Shown here: positions 38,210-47,699 of the stretch, one piece after another
How the letters are laid out: each line of letters begins with the position of its first letter
How positions within the stretch are numbered: the stretch's first letter is position 1
Assembly: GCA_964531735.1 (NCBI GenBank)
Contig: CAZHGD010000011.1
Span: forward strand, 4,888 to 68,887
Direction: 5' to 3'
Source: an uncultured Fimbriimonadaceae bacterium
GTDB lineage: Bacteria; Armatimonadota; UBA10988
Length of the DNA: 64,000 nt
Notes under the pieces: generated by a model
Databases searched by the model: none
What the model saw: only the letters and a program-made list of their open reading frames with translations
Told to the model about the DNA's origin: nothing
Translations under genes and position numbers: made by a program

Positions 38210-39307
38210 TCAGGCTGGCTGGTAGCTGCGATGCTCCGGCCAGGGCCGGCCGGCCAGGGCGTCCAGCGCCGCGGACTGGACTACCTCCACGCCGACATCG
38301 CGCAGGCAGCGTAGCGTGTCGTTCGGGCGCGTGCAGTCCCAGTCGCGCCGTGTGTTGACGTTGTCAGGGCGGTAGCACGGCCCACACTCGGGTGGCTGCC
38401 AAAGGAAGCGGTGCTGCGGTCCGAGTGGCGAGACCAGCCGCGGGTCGGTCGGCCCGAACAGGGCCACCGTAGGCACTCCGAGCGCCGCCGCGATGTGCAA
38501 CGGTCCACTGTCGTTGGCCACCACCACCTGACACCGCGCGAGGATGGCGGCCAGCATGGTCAGGTCGGTGCGCCCACACAGGCTGTAAGCGCCTTCGCCG
38601 GCGGCCGCGGTGACCTCGTCACACAGCTCCTGCTCGTCCGGACTGCCCATGACCAGCAAGGTGCCTTTGGTGGCCCCAATCAGGCGGCGGGCCAGTTCGC
38701 CGTAGCGCTCGGCCGGCCAGCGTTTGATCAGCATGACCGTGCCGGGATTGCGGCCGCCGCCGGGCAGCAGTCCTAGCAGTGGCCGACGCGGACCGACCTC
38801 CTGCAGCAGCAACTCGGCCAGCACCTGCGACTCGTTGGTCAGGCCGATGCGCATGCCGGGATTGCCGACGTCGTGACCGAGGGCGCGCAAGAGGTTCAGG
38901 TAGCGCTCGGTCTCGTGGATGCGGTCGTCGAAGTAGACCTGGTGCGTCATGGTGCGGCGCGACAGTCCGAGTTGGAAGCCGACGCGCAACGGCGCCCGCG
39001 TGCCGGCGCAGAGCAACTGCGCGGCGAAGTTGCGGTGCAGGCAGAAGACCACATCGTAGCGGTTGGCCCGGAGGGTCAGCATGATGTGACGGTAGTAGAG
39101 CAGGCTGGCGAGGCCCGTGCCGCCCCACGGGCCCTCGTAGAAGATACGCTGATGGAGCGACGGATGGCCCCGCAGGATCGGCTCGGAGTGGCGGCCGAGC
39201 AACCAGTCGATCTGCGCGTCGGGCCAGACCTGTCGGCAAGCCTCGACCAGCGGCGTGGCGAACAACACGTCGCCGATGGCGTTGAGCTTGACGATCAGCA
39301 GCTTCAA
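38210..39307 (-). CDS. Glycosyltransferase family 9 (heptosyltransferase-like)
   Basis: KLNAIGDVLFATP, KRWP.ERY, VANDSGPLHIAAALGVPTVALFGPT. Confidence 0.9.
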   Translation of the reverse strand: MKLLIVKLNAIGDVLFATPLVEACRQVWPDAQIDWLLGRHSEPILRGHPSLHQRIFYEGPWGGTGLASLLYYRHIMLTLRANRYDVVFCLHRNFAAQLLCAGTRAPLRVGFQLGLSRRTMTHQVYFDDRIHETERYLNLLRALGHDVGNPGMRIGLTNESQVLAELLLQEVGPRRPLLGLLPGGGRNPGTVMLIKRWPAERYGELARRLIGATKGTLLVMGSPDEQELCDEVTAAAGEGAYSLCGRTDLTMLAAILARCQVVVANDSGPLHIAAALGVPTVALFGPTDPRLVSPLGPQHRFLWQPPECGPCYRPDNVNTRRDWDCTRPNDTLRCLRDVGVEVVQSAALDALAGRPWPEHRSYQPA

Positions 39308-40227
39308 GAGCGGTAGCTGTCCAGAGTGGCCTTGATGCCCTCACGGAAGGTCAACTGCGGCGACCAACCCAGTTGGGCGCGCGCTTTGTCGATGCACAGC
39401 GCGATACGCTTCACTTCGCCGACGCGGGCGGGGGCGTGCTCGACGGCGAAATCCGCGCCCCAGGCCTCGCGCAGTGCGGCCACGACCTCGTTCACCGTCA
39501 CCTCGTTGCCGGTGCCGACGTTGAACATCTGCCCGTCCGGGCCGTCGATGGCGGCGACCACCGCGCGCGCGACGTCGCCCACGTAGACGAAGTCGCGCGT
39601 CTGCTCGCCGTCACCGAACACCTTGCAGACGCTGCCTTCGAGGATCTTGACGGTGAAGATGGCGACCACGCCCGCCTCGCCGTGCGGGTCCTGACGCGGA
39701 CCGTAGACGTTGCCGAAGCGCACCACCGTGTAGCGCTGGCCGTGGTTGGCGGCCTCGGCCTCCAGGTAGTGCTCGACCGTGTGCTTGGTGATGCCATAGG
39801 GCGACAGCGGGCGGGCCGGGTAGGTCTCGTCTACCGGAATCGCGCTCTCCTCGGGATCGCCGTAGATGGCCCCACCGGTGCTGGCGTAGACGATCTTCGG
39901 CTGGCCGTTGGCCCGCGCGGCCAGAATCAGGTTGATGCTGCCGTCGATGTTGCGGCGGACGTCGTTGAACGGGTCCTTGAGCGACTCAATCACCGACACT
40001 TGCGCGGCCAGGTGGCAGACCACATCAGGCTGGATGGCCGCGAACAGCTCGTTCACGAAGGCGGCGTCGGTGATGCTGCCGCGGTGGAGCGAGGCGCCGG
40101 CCGGGACATTGGCTACCTTACCGTTGCTCAGGTCGTCCAGCACATGCACTTCGTGGCCGGCAGTCACCAACAAGTCACAGACGTGCGAGCCGATGAAGCC
40201 CGCGCCGCCGGTTACCAAAGCCTTCAT
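39304..40227 (-). CDS. NAD-dependent nucleotide-sugar epimerase/dehydratase
   Basis: VTGGAGFIGSH, YGITK, RFGNVYGPRQ, RDFVYVGDV. Confidence 0.92.
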   Translation of the reverse strand: MKALVTGGAGFIGSHVCDLLVTAGHEVHVLDDLSNGKVANVPAGASLHRGSITDAAFVNELFAAIQPDVVCHLAAQVSVIESLKDPFNDVRRNIDGSINLILAARANGQPKIVYASTGGAIYGDPEESAIPVDETYPARPLSPYGITKHTVEHYLEAEAANHGQRYTVVRFGNVYGPRQDPHGEAGVVAIFTVKILEGSVCKVFGDGEQTRDFVYVGDVARAVVAAIDGPDGQMFNVGTGNEVTVNEVVAALREAWGADFAVEHAPARVGEVKRIALCIDKARAQLGWSPQLTFREGIKATLDSYRS

Positions 40228-40230
40228 GCG

Positions 40231-42000
40231 TCAGTTCTCCTCTGCCGGCGATTGCGTGCCGTTCGTTGCCCGCGCCGACACGACGAGCCACACGCCCAGA
40301 TATGCCCAGGCCACCAGCAGCGGCCCGAGGCCCTGGCTGGTCAGCGGGATCAGGCCGTCCAGCCACGGCAAGTGCAGTTTCGCAAGGATTGGCGATCTTG
40401 GCAAGCCGTCGAGCGCCTCCCACGGGTAGCGGAGCCGCGGCAGCCAGCAGCCCAGGGCCACGCCGGCCGCGTTCACCGCCACCAGCAGTCGCAGTGCCCG
40501 CGGGCAGGCGGTGCCGGCCCACTGCCAGCCGGCCACGGCGAACGGCGCCAGCAGCGGCACCAACGGCAGCAGTTGGCGCCCGGCGGGCGCGTAGCCCGAG
40601 CGCCACAGCCGGTAGGTGGCGATCAGCAGCAGGTGGGTCAGCACAGCGGCCAACAGCGCGCCGGCCCCCGGCCGACGCCACAGGCGGCGCAGGCCCGGCC
40701 CGGCCAGCAGGCCCAGCGGCCAGGCCACGAAGAGGCCATCCTGTTGGTCGAACAGCAGGCCTGGCAGGCCGGTCCACAGCGAGCCGCTGAACGCGCCGGG
40801 GTACTTGCCGCCGCCGCAGAGCTGCGGCGCATTCGGCGACCACGAGCCGAACATCCAGGCGAAGCCGGCCAGTTGGCTGACAACGCCCACCATCAGGCCG
40901 ACCAGCGGCCACACGGTGCGCCGGCGGAGGAGTACTGCCACGGCCAGGATGGCGGCCACGGGCACGAACTTGAGGTGCAGCCAAGGCAGCAGCAGGGCGG
41001 CGAGAGTGCTCGCGACGGCCACGGGCGCTGAGCCGGCTGGCCGTACGGCGGCCAGCGCCAGCCAGGCGAGGCACAGTGCGGCGGCCGGCTCGCTGTGCAG
41101 GCTGCTGCTGAACACGAGCAGCGGCGAACAGAAGGCCACCGCCGCCGTGGCGGGCCAGCCGGCCTCGTTCGTGGGCCATAGGGCGGCCACCAAGTGGCCG
41201 GTGACCAGGGCCAGCCAACTGGCGATCAGCACCGCGACCGCCACGGCGCCGAGGCGGCCGGCCAGCAGGTAGCCGGGCGCGAGCAGCACGGAGTAACCCA
41301 GTTGGTGTACCGGCCGACGCGTGCCGCCCGGGCCCGGCACATCGTGCGGGTCGAGTTCCTTCTGAACCCCGAGCGCGCGGCGCAGGCGGTCACTCGGGTA
41401 GAACTCGCGGTAGCGCCCGCCCGCGTAGTCTGGACCCAGGTCGGCGTCGCCGTCACAGGCCAGCGAGCGGGCGCCCAGCAGGTAGTGTGGTTCATCGCCG
41501 GTCAGGCTCTGGATCTGCGTGGTCCAGGCCGCCAGCAGCCCGTAGCAGGCCAGCCAGGCCGGCCACAGGTACCGTGGGCGTTGCCGCGCCACGCGGAGCG
41601 CCAGCACGACGAGGGCGGCCACGACCAGTACGCCCGAGCCGAGGAGCGCGGTTGCCAGATGCACTGCGGCCGGCGGCACGGCGCCGGCCAGGGACTCACC
41701 GCCGAAGGCCCGGACGAGGGCGGTGGTCGGACCGGCCGGTGCCTTGAGCAGGGCCACGCCGAGCACCGTGGCGCCACACAAGGCCCACGCCTCGCCGCGC
41801 TCCGCGCCGCGGTCGCCCACGGCCCAGCGGGCGAGTTGCGTCCAGGCGAACACGATGGCGAGCGCGAAGAGACCGGCGGCCAGCGGCGGCGGGCCGTGTC
41901 CGGCCAGTTGTTGCTCGGCGCCGGCCGCCACGGTCTGCAGCGCCGCATAGCCCAGGCCGACCACCAGCCACGGACCGTGCCGGCGGCAGCCGACCATCAC
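40231..42000 (-). CDS. Probable GT-C-type membrane glycosyltransferase
   Basis: GDEPHYLL loop motif, LPWLHLKF, GLLFDQQDGL; many TM segments. Confidence 0.65.
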   Translation of the reverse strand: MMVGCRRHGPWLVVGLGYAALQTVAAGAEQQLAGHGPPPLAAGLFALAIVFAWTQLARWAVGDRGAERGEAWALCGATVLGVALLKAPAGPTTALVRAFGGESLAGAVPPAAVHLATALLGSGVLVVAALVVLALRVARQRPRYLWPAWLACYGLLAAWTTQIQSLTGDEPHYLLGARSLACDGDADLGPDYAGGRYREFYPSDRLRRALGVQKELDPHDVPGPGGTRRPVHQLGYSVLLAPGYLLAGRLGAVAVAVLIASWLALVTGHLVAALWPTNEAGWPATAAVAFCSPLLVFSSSLHSEPAAALCLAWLALAAVRPAGSAPVAVASTLAALLLPWLHLKFVPVAAILAVAVLLRRRTVWPLVGLMVGVVSQLAGFAWMFGSWSPNAPQLCGGGKYPGAFSGSLWTGLPGLLFDQQDGLFVAWPLGLLAGPGLRRLWRRPGAGALLAAVLTHLLLIATYRLWRSGYAPAGRQLLPLVPLLAPFAVAGWQWAGTACPRALRLLVAVNAAGVALGCWLPRLRYPWEALDGLPRSPILAKLHLPWLDGLIPLTSQGLGPLLVAWAYLGVWLVVSARATNGTQSPAEEN

Positions 42001-43163
42001 GGTCGGGCCTCGGCCAAGACCTGTTCGTAGACATCGTAGGTCTGCCGGGCGTTGCCTTCGAGGCTGAACTGCGCCCGGGCCCGTTCGTGGGCGGCCCGTC
42101 CCAGCGCTGCGGCGACCTCCGGGCTGGCCAGCAGATCCTGCACGGCGCCGGCCAAGGCGGGCACGTCGCCCACGTCGACCAGGCGGCCGCTACGGCTGTC
42201 CTCAATCAACTCGGGCGTGCCGCCGGCCCGCGAGGCGACCAGCGGGCGACCCAGCGCCATGGCCTCCAGCACGACGATGGGCAGACCTTCGGCCAGTGAT
42301 GGCAACGCCACCACCTCGGCCATGGCCAGGAACGCGGCGGCCGGGCTGCGGTAGCCGAGCCAGCGGCAGCGCCCGGCCAGGCCGGCCGCGTTGGCCTGGG
42401 CCCGCAGGTCGCTGGCGTGGGGGCCGTCGCCGACGAACACGAACACCACGCGCGGCTCGGCCCGCAGGATGGCCGGGGCCGCCTGCAGCAGCAGGTGCTG
42501 GCCCTTGCGGCGGACGAGTTGGCCGACGACCACCACCGGCCGGTCCTGCTCGGCCAGTTGCGCAGCGCGCCGGGCGTCGGCGACCGCCTCGGCTGAGGCG
42601 AGTTGCGTCAGGTGCGCGGTGTCGATGCCGTTGTGTACCACCCGTATGCGGTCGGGTGCCAGGTGCAGGCGATGGGCCAACTCGGTGGCAATGGACTGCG
42701 AGACGGCGATGGCCCGCTGCGACCGGCGAGCCGTTCGACGCTCGGCCAGCACCATGGCCCAGCGGCGCAACCAGGCCGTCGGCGACAGACCGGGCAGCAG
42801 CAGGTTCTCGTGGTAGGTGGTGACCACCGGCCAACCGCAGCGCTGGGCCAGCGGCCGCGCAATGGCCGAGGCGCGCAGGTCGTGGGTGTGGATCAGCCCC
42901 GGCTCACCGGCCGCCAGCAGCGACTCGAGCGCGGCCTCGGCCACCGGCAGGCGGTCGCGCAGCGGCAGGGCGTGGACCGTCACGCCGAGCGCGCGCAGCG
43001 ATTCGCAGAAGACGCCGGTGCCCCACGGCAACGCCGCCTCGAAGGTGACCCGGTCACGCAAGTGCTCAACCTGGGCCAGGATCACCTGTTGCGCGCCGTA
43101 GGCGGCGCCCAGCGTGTTGGCGGCGTCGACGAGCACGACTCGCGGGCGATCGAAAGACCTCAA
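41997..43163 (-). CDS. Glycosyltransferase family 4
   Basis: HNGID, RKGQHLL, EGLPIVVLEAMALG. TTG start overlaps the upstream TGA, after a GGAG RBS. Confidence 0.88.
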   Translation of the reverse strand: MRSFDRPRVVLVDAANTLGAAYGAQQVILAQVEHLRDRVTFEAALPWGTGVFCESLRALGVTVHALPLRDRLPVAEAALESLLAAGEPGLIHTHDLRASAIARPLAQRCGWPVVTTYHENLLLPGLSPTAWLRRWAMVLAERRTARRSQRAIAVSQSIATELAHRLHLAPDRIRVVHNGIDTAHLTQLASAEAVADARRAAQLAEQDRPVVVVGQLVRRKGQHLLLQAAPAILRAEPRVVFVFVGDGPHASDLRAQANAAGLAGRCRWLGYRSPAAAFLAMAEVVALPSLAEGLPIVVLEAMALGRPLVASRAGGTPELIEDSRSGRLVDVGDVPALAGAVQDLLASPEVAAALGRAAHERARAQFSLEGNARQTYDVYEQVLAEARP

Positions 43164-44056
43164 CGGGAACGCTCCTGTTCCGCCTGGCAGGCCGCGCGAT
43201 GGACCGGACGCCACAGTTCCTCGGCCGCTTGCTCGTCGCCTCGAACCAGGCCCACCGCCGACCGCAGGCGGCTGAGCAGGCGCACCACCGCGGCCGAGCC
43301 GCGGTCGCGGTAGGTGTTGTAGAACCACATGCGGCTGAGGTAGTGTGAGCGCCGGCGCACCAGCGGCACCTGCCCGGTGCTCTGGCCGACCCAGTGCTCC
43401 ACTTCGGCGGCGGGGACCAACCACATCGGCAGGCCATGTCGCTGCAATCGCACGCTCAGCTCCATCTCTTCGAAGTACAGGAACGAGTTGGTCGACAGCA
43501 GACCGATGCGCCCCCACACCCAGGTCGGCAGCATCAAGGCGGACAAGCCGACCGCGCGCACCCGGCGCGGTTCGCGCCAGGAGCGCACCTTGGCCTGCCA
43601 GACGGCGCCGCGAGTGTGCCGCGCATACCACAGCACCAGCCGTAGCTCCTGCCACAAGGTCGGCACGTAGTCCCAGGAGAGCTGCACCGAACCATCCGGC
43701 AGGATCAGCTTCGGCTGGAACGCGCCGGCCTCGGGATGCGCCCGGGCCGTGTCGACGAGGGCCTGCAGCGCGCCGGGCCGAATCACGGCGTCACTGTTAA
43801 GCAGGAGCGTGTAGTCGCCGCGTGCCTGCCGCAGACCCACGTTGTTGCCACCGGCGAAGCCCAGGTTGCGCCCGGTCTGGATGACGCGCACCGTCGGGTA
43901 CGTCGCGCGCAACGCGGCTACCGTGTCATCGCGCGAGTGGTTATCGACGACGATCACCTCGACCGCCGCGTCGACCTCCTGTCTCAACGCACTGGCCACC
44001 GCGGCCAGCGTCAGGTCGCGCGTGTTCCAACTGACGATGATGACCGAGATGAGCAA
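43160..44056 (-). CDS. Glycosyltransferase family 2
   Basis: SVIIVSWN, VDNHSRD, NLGFAGGNN, LLLNSD, YFEEME. Start inferred (TTG after GAGGAG). Confidence 0.88.
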   Translation of the reverse strand: MLISVIIVSWNTRDLTLAAVASALRQEVDAAVEVIVVDNHSRDDTVAALRATYPTVRVIQTGRNLGFAGGNNVGLRQARGDYTLLLNSDAVIRPGALQALVDTARAHPEAGAFQPKLILPDGSVQLSWDYVPTLWQELRLVLWYARHTRGAVWQAKVRSWREPRRVRAVGLSALMLPTWVWGRIGLLSTNSFLYFEEMELSVRLQRHGLPMWLVPAAEVEHWVGQSTGQVPLVRRRSHYLSRMWFYNTYRDRGSAAVVRLLSRLRSAVGLVRGDEQAAEELWRPVHRAACQAEQERSR

Positions 44057-44057
44057 C

Positions 44058-44807
44058 TCAGTGCTCCTCGCCCGGATCGAGCAGTTGCCAGGTCTTGGCT
44101 CGCACACTGAACACGTAGAAGGCCATCAGGATGGCCAGCACCAGGCCGGCCGTACCGTCGCGCCAGCCGCCCTCGCGCAGGTAGCGCCGCAGGAAGTCGC
44201 GCAGCGGCGAGAGCACCATCTTCAGATTGGAGTGCCGCGCGCCGGCGGCGGCGCGGGCGGCCGCTTCGCGGTCGGTGTAGCGGTCCAGCTTGGCCAGGAA
44301 CTCGCTGACGTTGCGGTGCGAGTAGTGCCGCATCGCCGCTCTGAGGACGCCGTAGCGCGCGCCCTTGACCACCTGTTCATGCACCGCGCCAGACCACTGC
44401 TGGTCGCGGCGGTAGAGCCTCGTCAGCGGCGCCGGCCAGCCGCCGTGCCCAATCCAGCGGCCGAGCATGTGATGGCGAAACGGAATGCCGTAGACATCGA
44501 GCGCGTCCGGCCGCGAGATGACCTCGCGGATCTCGGCGGCCAGCTCGGGCGGCACCTCTTCATCGGGATCGATGGACAGCACCCACTCGCTGGTGCTCTG
44601 CTGGGCCGCGTAGTTCCGCTGCGTGTCGTAGCGGTCCAGACGGCGGTGGAACACGCGAGCGCCGTGCTGCTCGGCCACCACGACGGATTCGTCCGTGCTG
44701 TCGTCGTCCACCACCACGATCTCGTCGGTCCAGGCCAGACTGCGCAGGCACCGCGGCAGCACCGCGGCTTCGTTGTGGCAGAGCAGCACGGCCGAGATGG
44801 TCGCCAT
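44058..44807 (-). CDS. Glycosyltransferase family 2 (WaaE/KdtX-like)
   Basis: NEAAVLPRCL, VDDDSTD, LSIDPDE, VHE, HYS. Confidence 0.88.
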   Translation of the reverse strand: MATISAVLLCHNEAAVLPRCLRSLAWTDEIVVVDDDSTDESVVVAEQHGARVFHRRLDRYDTQRNYAAQQSTSEWVLSIDPDEEVPPELAAEIREVISRPDALDVYGIPFRHHMLGRWIGHGGWPAPLTRLYRRDQQWSGAVHEQVVKGARYGVLRAAMRHYSHRNVSEFLAKLDRYTDREAAARAAAGARHSNLKMVLSPLRDFLRRYLREGGWRDGTAGLVLAILMAFYVFSVRAKTWQLLDPGEEH

Positions 44808-44814
44808 GGACAGC

Positions 44815-45702
44815 TCACTTCCCCGCCAGCGCGAGGCGCAGTTGGGCCTTCAGCAGTCGGCGGCGGTCGGCACGGGCTGCGGAGCGGTCGGCCAGACTGC
44901 CGACCAGCTTGGCGCCGGCGGTCAGCGCCAGGCCACCGCGTAGCGCGGCGGCGGCGGCGAGGCCGTCATGCCGACGCACATAGCGGACCAGGCTGCGCCA
45001 GTAATGCTCGCGCCGCAGGAACAGCCGGCCGCCGTAGCAGGCGCCTTCGGCGTGGACCACGGTCACCGACCGGTCGATCACGCAGCGCCAGCCGTGCGAC
45101 TGCGCGCGCCGGCACCAGTCGACGTCCTCCAGGTACATGAAGTAGCCGGTGTCGAGCTCGCCCACCTGACGCCAGACGGCCGCGCTGGTAAGCAGGCAGG
45201 CGCCGGAGACGTAGTCGACGCCCACCAGCGACGCGTCGGCCAGCGCTGGCAGGGCCGGCTCGTGGCGCCAGTGGCACAGGTCACGCAGTTCGGCGCCGAC
45301 CGTGGGGAACCGTCCGCGATGCGGCTGCTCGGACCCGTCGGGGTACACCAGCCGGCAACCGAGGGCACCCAGCTCGGCTTGGCCATCGAAGCGGTCGATG
45401 AGCCGGCGCAAGGTGTCGGACGTGGGCAACTCGGTGTCGGGGTTGAGCCAGAGCAGCAGGCGTCCCGAGGCGCCGCTGAACGCCTGGTTCGTGCCGCCGG
45501 CGAAGCCGAGATTGGTCGGCGAGGTCACCAGGCGCACCCACCCGAACTCGTCGGCCACCATCGGCGACACCGGCTCGGTCGAAGCGTTGTCGACCACCAC
45601 CGTCTCGATCTCGCCGCAGTCGGTCTGCGTAGCAATGCTGGACAGGCAGACGCGCAGCTTGTCCACAGCGTTGTACGCCACGATGCCGATGGTCAGGTCC
45701 AC
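44815..45702 (-). CDS. Glycosyltransferase family 2
   Basis: VDNAS, NLGFAGGTN, LNPDT, SGACLL, YFMYLEDVDWC. Confidence 0.9.
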   Translation of the reverse strand: MDLTIGIVAYNAVDKLRVCLSSIATQTDCGEIETVVVDNASTEPVSPMVADEFGWVRLVTSPTNLGFAGGTNQAFSGASGRLLLWLNPDTELPTSDTLRRLIDRFDGQAELGALGCRLVYPDGSEQPHRGRFPTVGAELRDLCHWRHEPALPALADASLVGVDYVSGACLLTSAAVWRQVGELDTGYFMYLEDVDWCRRAQSHGWRCVIDRSVTVVHAEGACYGGRLFLRREHYWRSLVRYVRRHDGLAAAAALRGGLALTAGAKLVGSLADRSAARADRRRLLKAQLRLALAGK

Positions 45703-45709
45703 GCCGGTC

Positions 45710-45718
45710 AGGATACCA
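45710..45718 (-). promoter_or_regulatory. Extended -10 TGG-TATCCT, 7 nt before GTG 45702
   Basis: Minus strand reads TGgTATCCT-gaccggc-GTG. Confidence 0.45.
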
Positions 45719-45726
45719 CGGACCGG

Positions 45727-46497
45727 CTAGCGACAGGTGACTTCGATGCCCTGTTCGTCAGCGCGAACCTCGACGCTGGCGCGGAAGCGGCGCCGGTCGC
45801 GACAGAGCGCGAAGTAGCACGGGGCACTGCGCGGGAACCACTCGGGCACGGTGTCGTGCGCGACGATGATGGCCCCGTCGGCCAGATGCGGATAGGCGGT
45901 CTCCAACAGCGAGCTGTAGATGCGCTTGCCGCGGTGCCGTTCGTTCGGATGGTCCTGGGGGCCGGTGGCGTCGAGGTAGAGCAGGTCGATGGGCTGCGCC
46001 AGCGACTGCACCGTGTCGTGGCCATCCTCCAGCCGGATGTCGGCCACCGCGCCGATGGCCGCGAAGTTGCGGCGGGCCAACTCGACATGCTGCGGCACCA
46101 CCTCGCTGCCGACGATGACATCGGCTGTCGCGCACTGCCCGGGGCCGGTCAGCGCGCCGACGTTCCAGACCAGTGTGTTGCCGCAGAACACGCCCAGACA
46201 GACGGCCGCCCGCGGTTGCTTGATGGCGCAGATGGCGAACAGCAACCGCTCCATGACCGGCGTGATCGACGTCCAGGGCACGTCGAAGTGCTGGCGCACG
46301 GCGGCCCGCAGACGGTCGAACGCCGCCTCGTCATACGCGGTCGTCGGCAACATGCCACGCTCGTGCAGACCGGCGAGCACCGTGGCCACGCGTTGCCGCT
46401 CGTCGCTACCGTCCGGATCGTGGACCGGCGTCCGCCCACCGGTGTCGGTCTGGTAGTACGTTCGCTCCCACTCGGGCGCGGTAATGGCGTCGATCAC
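45727..46497 (-). CDS. Class I SAM-dependent (O-)methyltransferase-like protein
   Basis: CLGVFCGNT, GSEV, DLLYLDA, IVAHD. Confidence 0.65.
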   Translation of the reverse strand: MIDAITAPEWERTYYQTDTGGRTPVHDPDGSDERQRVATVLAGLHERGMLPTTAYDEAAFDRLRAAVRQHFDVPWTSITPVMERLLFAICAIKQPRAAVCLGVFCGNTLVWNVGALTGPGQCATADVIVGSEVVPQHVELARRNFAAIGAVADIRLEDGHDTVQSLAQPIDLLYLDATGPQDHPNERHRGKRIYSSLLETAYPHLADGAIIVAHDTVPEWFPRSAPCYFALCRDRRRFRASVEVRADEQGIEVTCR

Positions 46498-46561
46498 GAT
46501 TCACGACCTTCCTGCTCGCCGGCGGTTCGGTGCGCGCCGGGCCAGTCCTGCGCGAGACGCG

Positions 46562-47254
46562 TCAGCGCTCGCACAGGTAGTGCACCAGCGCCGCTGGATT
46601 GCTGACGCTCCGGAGGATGCGGAAGCCCGCGCGCTCGAGCAGGCCGGCCATGATCCAGTCCACCGTGCTGAGCTCCTGGGCGATGTGGCGCGCGGCCTCT
46701 TTGGCCATGCCGGCGGGACAGTCGGCCACGAACCGGTCGAAGGCCGCGGCGTGGTCATCGCCCGACCAGGCGAACACCACATCGCGCAAGACGAGCCGGC
46801 CGCCGGGCTTCAGCGCGCGATGGAGGTTCTGCAAGGCCACGGCCTTCCACAGATCCGGCAGGTGGTGCAACGCGGCCACCGAGACCGCCGCGTCGAAGGT
46901 GGCCGCTTCGTGCGGGAAGGTCAGGAAGCCGGCGTGAACGTACTCGATGCCGGTCAACCCGTCGGCCTCGGCCCGCGCGGCGGCGTACTGCAGCATGACC
47001 GGCGAGACATCGACGGCGGTGACCCGATGACCGGCGGCGGCGGCGACGCGCGCGAAGTGACCAGTACCGGTGCCGATCTCCAGGACGTGCGAGCCGGGCT
47101 GGAGAGCGAGTTCGCCCAGGATCATCGTGTCCTCGCCGGCCAGGTCGCGGAACTCGCCCATGCGGCGTTCGTAGCGCTCGACCTCGGTCACATCGGTGTA
47201 GTCAGTGCCCAGTTGCTGGACCTCGTTCCATTGCCAGGCGGCTTGTCCGTCCAT
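46562..47254 (-). CDS. Class I SAM-dependent methyltransferase
   Basis: VLEIGTGTG, VDVSPVML, LHHLPD, LKPGG. Confidence 0.88.
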   Translation of the reverse strand: MDGQAAWQWNEVQQLGTDYTDVTEVERYERRMGEFRDLAGEDTMILGELALQPGSHVLEIGTGTGHFARVAAAAGHRVTAVDVSPVMLQYAAARAEADGLTGIEYVHAGFLTFPHEAATFDAAVSVAALHHLPDLWKAVALQNLHRALKPGGRLVLRDVVFAWSGDDHAAAFDRFVADCPAGMAKEAARHIAQELSTVDWIMAGLLERAGFRILRSVSNPAALVHYLCER

Positions 47255-47256
47255 GC

Positions 47257-47556
47257 CTATTCTCCGTGGTAGCGGTCGACGAGGGTGGCGCGCGAGGTGG
47301 TCGCGCCCTCACGCAGCGGCGCGATGCGGCGGTACTCCGCCGACTCGAAGCAGGCCCGCGCGGCGGCTTCGTCGGCGAACTCGATGATGATCAGCCGGGC
47401 TGGACACCAGTCGCCGAACACCGCGCGCGGTGACCCGCCGCGGACGAGATACGTGCCACCATGCCGCGCGACCAGCGCCGGCACCTGGCGCACGTACTCA
47501 CCGTAGCGTGCGGGGTCCGTGATTTCGCCGATCTCGGCGATGAACAACACGCTCAT
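47257..47556 (-). CDS. DUF1330 family protein
   Basis: DPARYGEY..ARHGGTYLVRGG, IIEF, FESAEY..R. Confidence 0.85.
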   Translation of the reverse strand: MSVLFIAEIGEITDPARYGEYVRQVPALVARHGGTYLVRGGSPRAVFGDWCPARLIIIEFADEAAARACFESAEYRRIAPLREGATTSRATLVDRYHGE

Positions 47557-47661
47557 GGCCCATCCTCCGCGCTGCCGTCTGTCAGCCATGGTAGACCCGC
47601 CGGCGCCAGATGGGAAGCCCGCCCTACCCGTGCAGCGCGGTGTGGGCCAGGCGCAGGCGAG

Positions 47662-47690
47662 TTGACACAACCGGGTGCGCGGCCTATGGT
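47662..47690 (+). promoter_or_regulatory. TTGACA-N17-TATGGT promoter of mnmA
   Basis: In-frame GTG lies 6 nt downstream (47697) and ATG at 47700. Confidence 0.72.
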
Positions 47691-47699
47691 GAAGGTGTG

